Below are positions 1-7,823 of a stretch of DNA of 64,000 nucleotides, one piece after another. The DNA lies in IMG/VR virus record IMGVR_UViG_3300032218_002273, positions 17,764 through 81,763 of that record; one strand, written 5' to 3'. The position numbers were made by a program, and so were the translations under genes. This DNA comes from a virus (taxonomy: Duplodnaviria; Caudoviricetes). Within the stretch, counting starts at the first letter, position 1; each line of letters opens with the position of its first letter. Below the pieces are notes generated by a model, which worked only from the letters and a program-made list of their open reading frames with translations, made no database searches and was not told the DNA's origin.

Positions 1-114
1 CTTTTTCTTCATCGCTTAATTGATCTATATAATCAAAATCAATTAATTCCTGCCTTCTTTTTAAATTTAAATTTTTTTGTAAGTTAGGGTACTTGTTTTT
101 AGATCGTTTAGACA

Positions 115-576
115 TTAAAAGTCTACTCCTATAGACACTCCGATTTTCTTATCAGTAGTTGCCATTACCCCAACGGTCACACTACCTACGACTCTTTTAG
201 ATGCATGAACTCCATATTCTAACTCTTTTCCAAAAGATTTGGAAGGAGTCAAAGCAAATGCAGATAAACTTAAACCAATATCATTTTTGACCACAGTTGT
301 AGTGTCTGTCTGTCTTTCAGAAGTAGCTGCTTCTAGTTTATCCCACTCTTCTTTAGTAACCTCGATTTCTTCTATTGTACCATCGGGTTTAATAATTTTC
401 TTTTTATAAAAATATTTAGACTTACCTTCTTTCTGGACAACTTTAGTTTTTTCTACTTCAATAGTTCTAGTTTCTACTTTAGTAGGTTTTGAAAAATATC
501 CAATCCCAGCTCCAATTAGAAGTATTATTATTGCTGTTGTTATTTTAGATTTTAGTATATTCATAATATAACTCAT
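115..576 (-). CDS. Membrane-anchored protein, possible spanin-like
   Basis: N-terminal TM (ITTAIIILLIGAGIGYF), charged linker, C-terminal alternating beta-strands ending in Phe. Confidence 0.4.
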   Translation of the reverse strand: MSYIMNILKSKITTAIIILLIGAGIGYFSKPTKVETRTIEVEKTKVVQKEGKSKYFYKKKIIKPDGTIEEIEVTKEEWDKLEAATSERQTDTTTVVKNDIGLSLSAFALTPSKSFGKELEYGVHASKRVVGSVTVGVMATTDKKIGVSIGVDF

Positions 577-578
577 AA

Positions 579-600
579 GAAAGGGGCTTTCGCCCCTTCT
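579..600 (-). terminator. GC hairpin with GAAA loop and short U tract
   Basis: Minus strand AAGGGGC-GAAA-GCCCCTT-TCTT; same hairpin at 25359 and 25831. Confidence 0.55.
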
Positions 601-602
601 AC

Positions 603-1388
603 TTAAAACTGTACGTTTTTAATTGAAAAGATTTTACTATACTCTCTTACCACATCAATTTTATTAGAGATGATAAAATCTCCACCTCTATTTGTAGTAA
701 TGGCTAAAGGTTGTGTGATTAAAGGACATTTAGACAAAACAACATCTACAGCAAAAAATCCTAAATCTACTGTCTGTTGAGTTGTACCTTCTAGAGATTT
801 ATCGCAGCTAACATTAACTTCTTCATCAGCAAATCCATCGTTAACTGCTTTATCAGAATTAGCCCAATATTCATTTTGAATTAGTCTGCTGTAACTTTCT
901 AAAGTTTGCTTACCTTTAGTTCTATTAACTACTACCTTATCTTGATCTGCCAAATGAGATAACACGTGAGCATATCTAGAATCTAACTGTCCGGGAAACT
1001 CACCTTCAAAACCTCCCTTAGCTTTATGTGACATCAGCGTAGAATAAGGTGTTACATATCTATCCCCTAAAGCTTCTACTAATTGAAAAGCCATTGATGC
1101 TGCAAAAATACTTATGGTATTTATCTTTCTTTTAGAAGTACTTGCAAATCTAATAAAGTCAAAACCATCATAGATACTTCCACCGGGAGAATTTATAACC
1201 AAGTAGATAGGTTCGTCTGTTTGAATTTTATTTAATTCTTGCAGACTTAACATCATTTGAGTCATAGATCCTGCATCAACTCTGCCATTTAGAGAAATAG
1301 TATTTTGATCCGTCAGGGTAATAGTTTTTGCGCCAACACTAAAACACAAAAACAAACCCATAATTACAGTAGCTAAAAATTTCTTCAT
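603..1388 (-). CDS. ClpP-like (S14) serine protease with signal peptide
   Basis: INSPGGS, AASMA (Ser), LMSH (His), GFAD motifs; N-terminal MKKFLATVIMGLFLCFSVGA. Confidence 0.8.
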   Translation of the reverse strand: MKKFLATVIMGLFLCFSVGAKTITLTDQNTISLNGRVDAGSMTQMMLSLQELNKIQTDEPIYLVINSPGGSIYDGFDFIRFASTSKRKINTISIFAASMAFQLVEALGDRYVTPYSTLMSHKAKGGFEGEFPGQLDSRYAHVLSHLADQDKVVVNRTKGKQTLESYSRLIQNEYWANSDKAVNDGFADEEVNVSCDKSLEGTTQQTVDLGFFAVDVVLSKCPLITQPLAITTNRGGDFIISNKIDVVREYSKIFSIKNVQF

Positions 1389-1453
1389 TAAATTCTCCTA
1401 TTCAAAAATAACACCGCACTTATGTACGATTCTTTTATATTATATATAAGGAA

Positions 1454-1993
1454 TTAGTTTTTTTCAAGTATCTTCTGTATTAATTCTGTATAATAATACT
1501 CCCTATGACTATTAAAACATCCAGCTAAAGAATCTGAAGGGTGCATTACAGTGGCAGGGCAGGTATCATAGCCAGACAAAAAAGGAGAGATCGGTATTCT
1601 CATCATGGTACTGTCATGTTCAGCCCCTAAATAATGCCCATATTCGTGAAGCACTAACGCCTCCTGCACTTCATCAGAAGAGTTCATAAAATAACTTTTT
1701 TTTATTTCTATCCAAGATTTAGTAAAACTTACCTCTACTGGAATAAAGTAGGTTACTCCAACTGCAGAAGGTAAATCTAGCATTTCCGTTAAGTATATAT
1801 CCGCAGGTTCAAATTTTACTCCTCTCATTCTAAGCTCATTCTCAATCTTAGAAACAACTGTATCAAATTTTAAATTATTTTCTCTAACTAAAGAGGCTTT
1901 ACGTATTAGAGGTTCTAAAAATAAAGTATAAGAAATAGACACGCATAAAGTTACAGCTAACCCTAATATAAAATACTTAATTATCTTTTTCAA
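1454..1993 (-). CDS. Metzincin-type zinc metallopeptidase with N-terminal TM
   Basis: HEYGHYLGAEH = HExxHxxGxxH; Met-turn-like TVMHP. Confidence 0.8.
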   Translation of the reverse strand: MKKIIKYFILGLAVTLCVSISYTLFLEPLIRKASLVRENNLKFDTVVSKIENELRMRGVKFEPADIYLTEMLDLPSAVGVTYFIPVEVSFTKSWIEIKKSYFMNSSDEVQEALVLHEYGHYLGAEHDSTMMRIPISPFLSGYDTCPATVMHPSDSLAGCFNSHREYYYTELIQKILEKN

Positions 1994-2237
1994 CAGAATC
2001 TCCTCCTAACTCCATATTTTTAGTTTTGAAGTTAAATCGCCTACCAAAATATAAAGTAGAACATATCATAAATGTTTGCTCTAATGAAGCTAAGTCTTTA
2101 ACTTCTTTATCTAAATATACAGATCTAGCGGTTAATCCCATAATAAAATAAAAACTAACTAGAGTCATAAATTTACTCGTACTAAATTTTCCTGTCCTCT
2201 CATCTAAAAATAACATCTCTTGTAATAATTTTTTCAT
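1977..2237 (-). CDS. Putative holin
   Basis: 86 aa, two hydrophobic segments, GKFSTSKF N-terminal motif, charged C-terminus. Confidence 0.5.
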   Translation of the reverse strand: MKKLLQEMLFLDERTGKFSTSKFMTLVSFYFIMGLTARSVYLDKEVKDLASLEQTFMICSTLYFGRRFNFKTKNMELGGDSVEKDN

Positions 2238-2773
2238 TTCTTATTCTTCTTTTTTGTTTTATCCCAATATTTTAAAGTTATATCGGCAACGTAGTCTAAC
2301 TTTAAACGCAACAATAAATCATCAGTTAATTCTGTAAATTGACCTTTTTCTTTTAACTCTTTAATTGCTCTTCTAACATGATTTTCTGAATTAGTTTTAA
2401 ATCTATGGCACGATACTTCATTAAAATTTTCTTTCGTCGGTACTGAACATATAACCTGTAAGTTTTCTATTCCACAAACTATGCCTTGTACCAACTCATC
2501 ATAAGATAAATTTACTTCTTCTTTATCCAAAGGTATAGCTGGTTTTATATGATCTACTTGAACCCACTTCTGTGGAAAGAGATTTTCACAAATAGCACAT
2601 TTATATTTAACAATCTTCTTTTTTCCAGGACTTCCATCTTTTTTTGGCAAAGGCGCAAACTCTTGCCTAGCTTTTTTAAGACACTCTATAAACTGAGGAG
2701 ATCGCCTAAAGCATCTTCGTATCTGCCCCTTAATAACTCTTTTCATTTCTGGAGAATTCCAATCAAAACTCAT
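2234..2773 (-). CDS. HNH-type endonuclease
   Basis: CAIC...QVDHIKP...NLQVIC...CH..K. Confidence 0.7.
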   Translation of the reverse strand: MSFDWNSPEMKRVIKGQIRRCFRRSPQFIECLKKARQEFAPLPKKDGSPGKKKIVKYKCAICENLFPQKWVQVDHIKPAIPLDKEEVNLSYDELVQGIVCGIENLQVICSVPTKENFNEVSCHRFKTNSENHVRRAIKELKEKGQFTELTDDLLLRLKLDYVADITLKYWDKTKKKNKK

Positions 2774-3208
2774 CTAACTTCCAAATTTTTTAGCGTAGCC
2801 ATCTATAAGCACAGCTTCGCCTTGGTTTTCTATGAGTATATCGTAGAAAACAGTTGGTATACCTGTCAGTTTAACAGTTTTAATGAAGGGAGTCAATAGC
2901 TTGGCTGCATCTCGCTTGCATAATCGAGTAGTATGGTCGTATGGTTGGTTTGGACTCCACGCATATAGCCCATCTAGCGTCATAAACCTACAAGAGCTGG
3001 AGCAATACACTGTATCAAAGCAGGTTGTGGTCATTTCGTAACGAGGTAACGTGAGTTTCACTATAGAAGTAACCTTGGACATAGAATAATCCCCAGTTTC
3101 CTGATCAATAGTTCTTATATAGTCTCCAACTCTCAGAGCTTCAATACCTATTCTAGTGATTCCCTTGTTATATAACTTCCTCAATACAGTTGAACCCGAT
3201 GGAATCAT
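2774..3208 (-). CDS. Stand-alone, apparently inactive Hint-fold protein
   Basis: GSTV...IEALRVGDYI...D..TG, RFMTLDG, FYDILIE; no Cys1, block-B His or terminal Asn. Confidence 0.55.
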   Translation of the reverse strand: MIPSGSTVLRKLYNKGITRIGIEALRVGDYIRTIDQETGDYSMSKVTSIVKLTLPRYEMTTTCFDTVYCSSSCRFMTLDGLYAWSPNQPYDHTTRLCKRDAAKLLTPFIKTVKLTGIPTVFYDILIENQGEAVLIDGYAKKFGS

Positions 3209-3542
3209 TAATATTCTCCCTTAATCTACATTCTAAACACATCCTAACCTTTCTATTATTAGGTAATAAGATATATGTATGCTCGTTACTACCACAATTC
3301 TTACAAGTTAAGATATCTTCAATTTGCTTAAGGCTTTTATCTGATAATCTAGTTAAGTCCTCAACAGATATGTCAGCTACCTTCTTATTTATAAATTCTC
3401 TAGACTTATCAAAAGCCTCTTGTAGAGTTTTTAGCTCAGATATTAATTTTCTTTTATCACTTTCTAACCTTCTTATTTTATCTTTTAGTTTTTGTGTAGT
3501 CTCATCTCTCGGCACTGTTTTGTGTTTTCTTCCCAAAACCAT
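3168..3542 (-). CDS. Coiled-coil plus Zn-ribbon hypothetical protein
   Basis: CKNC...CLEC; in operon. Confidence 0.6.
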   Translation of the reverse strand: MVLGRKHKTVPRDETTQKLKDKIRRLESDKRKLISELKTLQEAFDKSREFINKKVADISVEDLTRLSDKSLKQIEDILTCKNCGSNEHTYILLPNNRKVRMCLECRLRENINDSIGFNCIEEVI

Positions 3543-3549
3543 TCCTTTG

Positions 3550-4197
3550 TTACATATACTTCACTTTAGTGTTGTACCACATATCTATCTCTATTTCAAG
3601 AAGTGATACGGTAGAATCGTTTACTACATATACGTCATAATCATCTGTTAGCTGATTTAACTCAGATTCATGAGCTGTTGCAGCATTAAATTTTTCGCTC
3701 ACAGAAGGTCTATCTACAAACATTTTTAAACCTCCTGCTTTTTTAATAGCATCTCGCTCATTCTGAAATCTAGCATCTGTAATAATTACATTACCTTCTA
3801 TACTTTTTATTTTATTCATAGTTAGATCTAACCATATAGACGGTTCAACCATATTGCGACACACATCAGTACCAATAAATATAAGAATCTTTCGAGGGGT
3901 TTCAAGCTCTTCTCCTAATAAAGAATTGAATTTTGATGGTGTAACATCATATCCCAGTTGATTTAATTCAAAAGCCAAGTTAGCTGCCATAGCAGAGTCA
4001 AATGATAATATAGGGTCTAGAGTAGAATCTTTTAAATCTACATCGTGGAAATAATTTAAAGCTATCTTAGTTACTTTGGAGCACATCTCTTTTAAGATAT
4101 CTGCCATAGCGATTCTAGTAAATTTATGTTTTCTAATTAATATATTTCCAATAGTATCTTTTCCTGATCCAGCCAAGCCACTAATGCTTATAATCAT
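3550..4197 (-). CDS. Deoxynucleoside monophosphate kinase (T4 gp1-like)
   Basis: GLAGSGKDT P-loop, ADILKE, IGTD..R, ITDARFQNE, HESE. Confidence 0.9.
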   Translation of the reverse strand: MIISISGLAGSGKDTIGNILIRKHKFTRIAMADILKEMCSKVTKIALNYFHDVDLKDSTLDPILSFDSAMAANLAFELNQLGYDVTPSKFNSLLGEELETPRKILIFIGTDVCRNMVEPSIWLDLTMNKIKSIEGNVIITDARFQNERDAIKKAGGLKMFVDRPSVSEKFNAATAHESELNQLTDDYDVYVVNDSTVSLLEIEIDMWYNTKVKYM

Positions 4198-4553
4198 TAT
4201 CTCTCCTTATGCAAGCATCTCATTAGAAAGTCGTGTATCTCATTTGCCCATCTACCTATGTCCTCATAGTGATCCTCCAAAAGTTGAGCTATATGCTCTT
4301 CTCTGTCATCCGCAGTAGTTTCTACCATTCTATCAGTAGAGCTTGAAGTAACTAACATATGTAATACTTCGTGTCTAACTATTGAAATCTTAACAGGTCT
4401 TCGGGGAAAGAATACTTCCTTATCATCAGGATAAGTTATCCCATAAGAGTTAGCGTCCATTTTATGTATTTTTTTGTAATAAGAAGGAGACTGTGAAAAA
4501 ATTTTCCACCGCACATCTTTTATAGTTATTTCGAGAACCTTAGCTCTACTCAT
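4197..4553 (-). CDS. HExxH hypothetical protein
   Basis: RHEVLH, downstream EE..A; coupled to neighbour. Confidence 0.55.
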   Translation of the reverse strand: MSRAKVLEITIKDVRWKIFSQSPSYYKKIHKMDANSYGITYPDDKEVFFPRRPVKISIVRHEVLHMLVTSSSTDRMVETTADDREEHIAQLLEDHYEDIGRWANEIHDFLMRCLHKER

Positions 4554-4591
4554 AAGAAGTATTTTACCCTACGTTAATACATAAGTCAATT

Positions 4592-5749
4592 TTATTCCAG
4601 ACACACAGGAAAGCTATGGTAAAAAGGATCAGGTCTATTTTCAGTTTCTATATAGTAGTTTATGGTTTGAGAAGCTTCTGAGTCATAACCATTGATTTCA
4701 CTATAACCATCCTGCCCTGCAAGAGATGCGTTAACGATAACCCTCCCTCTACCAAACATAGTCTTTTCGTGGAAGTGACCCATTCTAAAAAACTTAATAA
4801 GCTTACCTACTTGTTTACTACGTTTAGATAAATGAGCCTCACAAGCTTTTCTAGACACTCCACCTTTAACGTGATCTCCGTGCTCATATAAAACAGGAGC
4901 GCCATAAATACTCAGTACGTGATATACTCCATCTGGGATTATGAATTGCACATTCTTAAATGATGCAAGCTGACACATATTTTCTAGCATCTTATAAATA
5001 ATCCAAGTTAGGTTTTCTTTTCCAGGATCTTGATAGGTAGAGTGTTCTCCTGTTCTATCGTGATTACCTGTAACACAAACAAACGTACACGGCTTTCCAG
5101 TTGATACTATAGGCACAATATAATCTTGAAACAAAGACTGAACAGCGTGGACTACTTGTTCACTATTTCCAAACTCAGATGCCCTTCTAGACTCTATACC
5201 ATGAAAGTCAGAGTTTTCAATAATATCACCTCCTAAGAAGGTAATTATTTTTTCTACATTATACAAGCTAGAGTATCTGTCATGCTCAGATAATACAACA
5301 GAACCAAACTTCTTCATCCTTTCTTTAGCTACTTGAATATTAAATGTCTTACTCTTCTTACCATAATGTAGATCTGTCAACATTACTTCCATAGTCATCT
5401 TACGTTTCTTTTTATCTTTAGTAGATTTTATAACTACAGGTTTGGTAAACTTAGTATCTTTAATTAAGTCTTTGATCTCAGATAATAAATCCTGCCTTTT
5501 CTCAAGATAGTTTACAATATGAGCATTTTGTTTAACAACCATGCTCTTAGTTTTTTTAGCACTAGCTTCCTTTTTTAAACTCTCTACCACAGGATCGGAA
5601 GCCTGCTCCAATCCCTCATATCTGTAAAATGCTTTTCTTAAAGCGTTAGCAGAATACTCTGGAAAGTGAGAAGTTAGTTCTTCCCAAGTCTTACCTTCTT
5701 GTCTTAACTTGATTAACTGTTTAATTTTATCTACTTTCCATTGTGCCAT
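4592..5749 (-). CDS. Calcineurin-like metallophosphoesterase with N-terminal HTH-like segment
   Basis: TDLH, GGD, GNHD, HGD, GHFH motifs. Confidence 0.85.
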   Translation of the reverse strand: MAQWKVDKIKQLIKLRQEGKTWEELTSHFPEYSANALRKAFYRYEGLEQASDPVVESLKKEASAKKTKSMVVKQNAHIVNYLEKRQDLLSEIKDLIKDTKFTKPVVIKSTKDKKKRKMTMEVMLTDLHYGKKSKTFNIQVAKERMKKFGSVVLSEHDRYSSLYNVEKIITFLGGDIIENSDFHGIESRRASEFGNSEQVVHAVQSLFQDYIVPIVSTGKPCTFVCVTGNHDRTGEHSTYQDPGKENLTWIIYKMLENMCQLASFKNVQFIIPDGVYHVLSIYGAPVLYEHGDHVKGGVSRKACEAHLSKRSKQVGKLIKFFRMGHFHEKTMFGRGRVIVNASLAGQDGYSEINGYDSEASQTINYYIETENRPDPFYHSFPVCLE

Positions 5750-5756
5750 ATATAAC

Positions 5757-5969
5757 CTACTGTAAAATATTACTTCTAGTATCTTTACTCAGATACATTC
5801 TAATTGTTAATACTATCATTTGTTCCAATAAGATTTCAGCATCTAAGTCCATCGAAGGCATATTAAGTCTCTGTTTTAACTCTTCTGCAATTTCTGCCAC
5901 AGCAACTTTATCTACAACACCTTCTAGACAGTCAATTGGCTTATGCTCTTTTGATGGACTCTTACTCAC
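5757..5969 (-). CDS. Hypothetical protein
   Basis: Operon spacing, ATGA overlap with next gene. Confidence 0.55.
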   Translation of the reverse strand: MSKSPSKEHKPIDCLEGVVDKVAVAEIAEELKQRLNMPSMDLDAEILLEQMIVLTIRMYLSKDTRSNILQ

Positions 5970-6538
5970 TTATTTCTTACCTTATCAAATATAGCTTTAG
6001 CTTTATTCTCACCTAGCAAAACCTTAGCTTGCTTTACAGTTTCAATATCATCAGACTTATCTCCAGAATAAAATCTACCTAAAACTTTCTCTGCCTCCGT
6101 CTTGCCTAATTTCTTAGCTTTGGAAGCAATCTTCTTTTTTGCTTTAGCTGGAGCTTCATCTTCAAATGCCTCTTGTCTATTAATACTTTCTGTAATCTCT
6201 TCAATAAGATCTTTATTCTCTTCTAATTCTTTTTTTCTTTTTTCTTCATGTTCATCAAAAGCTATGATGATTTTATTTAATCTTTCTTTCCCCATAGCTC
6301 TTTCAATTCTTTCATACAGTAAACCTGTTAAATCTTCTCTTTGATATTGTAGAACACTAACTAAGGTCTGCTCTGCTCTGAATACATCAAAGTCAACTCT
6401 AGCCGCTAATACTTGAGATTTAAAAAATTGTCCACGCTTTAGTATTTCAAGCGCATACATTTTCCCATCTACTTCAATAAATAAATCATTGTCTCCATCA
6501 AGATCTGCAATCTTTTCTTTTAACTCCGATACCTTCAT
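5966..6538 (-). CDS. Hypothetical charged protein
   Basis: 190 aa, AGGAG RBS. Confidence 0.7.
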   Translation of the reverse strand: MKVSELKEKIADLDGDNDLFIEVDGKMYALEILKRGQFFKSQVLAARVDFDVFRAEQTLVSVLQYQREDLTGLLYERIERAMGKERLNKIIIAFDEHEEKRKKELEENKDLIEEITESINRQEAFEDEAPAKAKKKIASKAKKLGKTEAEKVLGRFYSGDKSDDIETVKQAKVLLGENKAKAIFDKVRNK

Positions 6539-6687
6539 TATCTATCTCCTTGTGTTTCAATTCTAACTATATCGCAATCATTTTGCTTATCGCAAATGAT
6601 AATTGATTTATCTCTCTTTGTCACTGATTTTGTATTAGATGTGCATGAAATAACAAACATTGCAATTAGTACTAGTAATAGTTTCAT
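6538..6687 (-). CDS. Small lipoprotein (not in ORF track)
   Basis: Hand-translated MKLLLVLIAMFVIS-CTSNTKSV..., lipobox, GGAGG RBS, TAATG overlap. Confidence 0.6.
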   Translation of the reverse strand: MKLLLVLIAMFVISCTSNTKSVTKRDKSIIICDKQNDCDIVRIETQGDR

Positions 6688-6733
6688 AAATCCTCCGATT
6701 AAAAATATATACTAAAAATAAAACACTGTCAAA

Positions 6734-7000
6734 TTAAAAGGGAACCCCGTCATCGTCATCATAGTATAAGTCATTATCTTCTAAGTCCTCCTCTGTCTCG
6801 TCTGTATCCTGCATTAATATATGTTTTCTATACCATACAGGTTGTTCTTCCGCTTGATCCTCAGTTCTGACTTTAACATCAAAAGCTTTACAACAAGTAG
6901 TACAAAAAACCCTACCATTCTTAGCAGCAAAATCTTTATCCGTTTTGACTTTGTAATTACAAAAAGGACATTGTAAGTCTATAGGATTCTTATACCGCAT
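6734..7000 (-). CDS. Zn-finger protein with acidic tail
   Basis: CPFC...CTTC, D/E-rich C-terminus. Confidence 0.6.
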   Translation of the reverse strand: MRYKNPIDLQCPFCNYKVKTDKDFAAKNGRVFCTTCCKAFDVKVRTEDQAEEQPVWYRKHILMQDTDETEEDLEDNDLYYDDDDGVPF

Positions 7001-7334
7001 TTAATTCCTTATACAGATCAAAAAAGATTTTATACTTTTTTAACTCTTGTATATCTAAGCTAAGTCGTTCCAAGTCTTGAGAGAGTATCTCTGACCTAAT
7101 GTACTCTGTACGAAGAACGCTTTGAATAAGATCTGAATCGCATAATTTAGTTTTTATTTTTTCAGCTAAGTCTGCACTATATCCTTCTATAAGTAAATTC
7201 ACTTGAGGTACATCTATTTTATATGCTATGACAATAGCGCAATCTCCTGCCCCAAAGTTTTCAATAATCTCTACATTGTCCGCATCTGTATTTAATTTTA
7301 TTAATTTTTGTAATTCAGAAATAGATGTAGCCAT
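6990..7334 (-). CDS. Hypothetical protein
   Basis: Operon spacing. Confidence 0.6.
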   Translation of the reverse strand: MATSISELQKLIKLNTDADNVEIIENFGAGDCAIVIAYKIDVPQVNLLIEGYSADLAEKIKTKLCDSDLIQSVLRTEYIRSEILSQDLERLSLDIQELKKYKIFFDLYKELNAV

Positions 7335-7621
7335 TAGAACTCCTTTGTAAATTTTACAGCCAATACGTCAGGCTTAAATTCTATGTAGTATCTTATATCC
7401 TTACGCTTAATTTGTACACTTAATTTTTTAGTGTTTAAAATTTTATAAAATATAGACATAGATGTTATAGTCTTTTCATCAATTTTATTAATAATATAAT
7501 CTTCCAAATTATCCTTATACCGCCTAGCTGTATTGTAAGACATAGTAGCTTTGTAGATTTTATCCATATCTACTCCTGCAAAACAAGTCATAGGTAATAA
7601 TATAATTAATAATTTAATCAT
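7334..7621 (-). CDS. Hypothetical protein with signal peptide
   Basis: MIKLLIILLPMTCFAG. Confidence 0.55.
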   Translation of the reverse strand: MIKLLIILLPMTCFAGVDMDKIYKATMSYNTARRYKDNLEDYIINKIDEKTITSMSIFYKILNTKKLSVQIKRKDIRYYIEFKPDVLAVKFTKEF

Positions 7622-7823
7622 CTGATTGAAAAGCGGACTGCTTCCTTCTCTCAGACTCTTTTCTTCTAGCTAATTCTTCTTCCGTCTTTCTTTGTTTTTC
7701 ATCAAATATCTGACTATCTCTTTTATAGATGTCATTACTTTCTGATTCGTCGCTATTCAGATTTTTTTCAAAGTCAAAAGAATTTCTGGCTTTTTCTAGT
7801 AACTCTCTTAGTTTATCAAACAT
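7614..7823 (-). CDS. Hypothetical protein
   Basis: Abuts the polA stop. Confidence 0.55.
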   Translation of the reverse strand: MFDKLRELLEKARNSFDFEKNLNSDESESNDIYKRDSQIFDEKQRKTEEELARRKESERRKQSAFQSDD

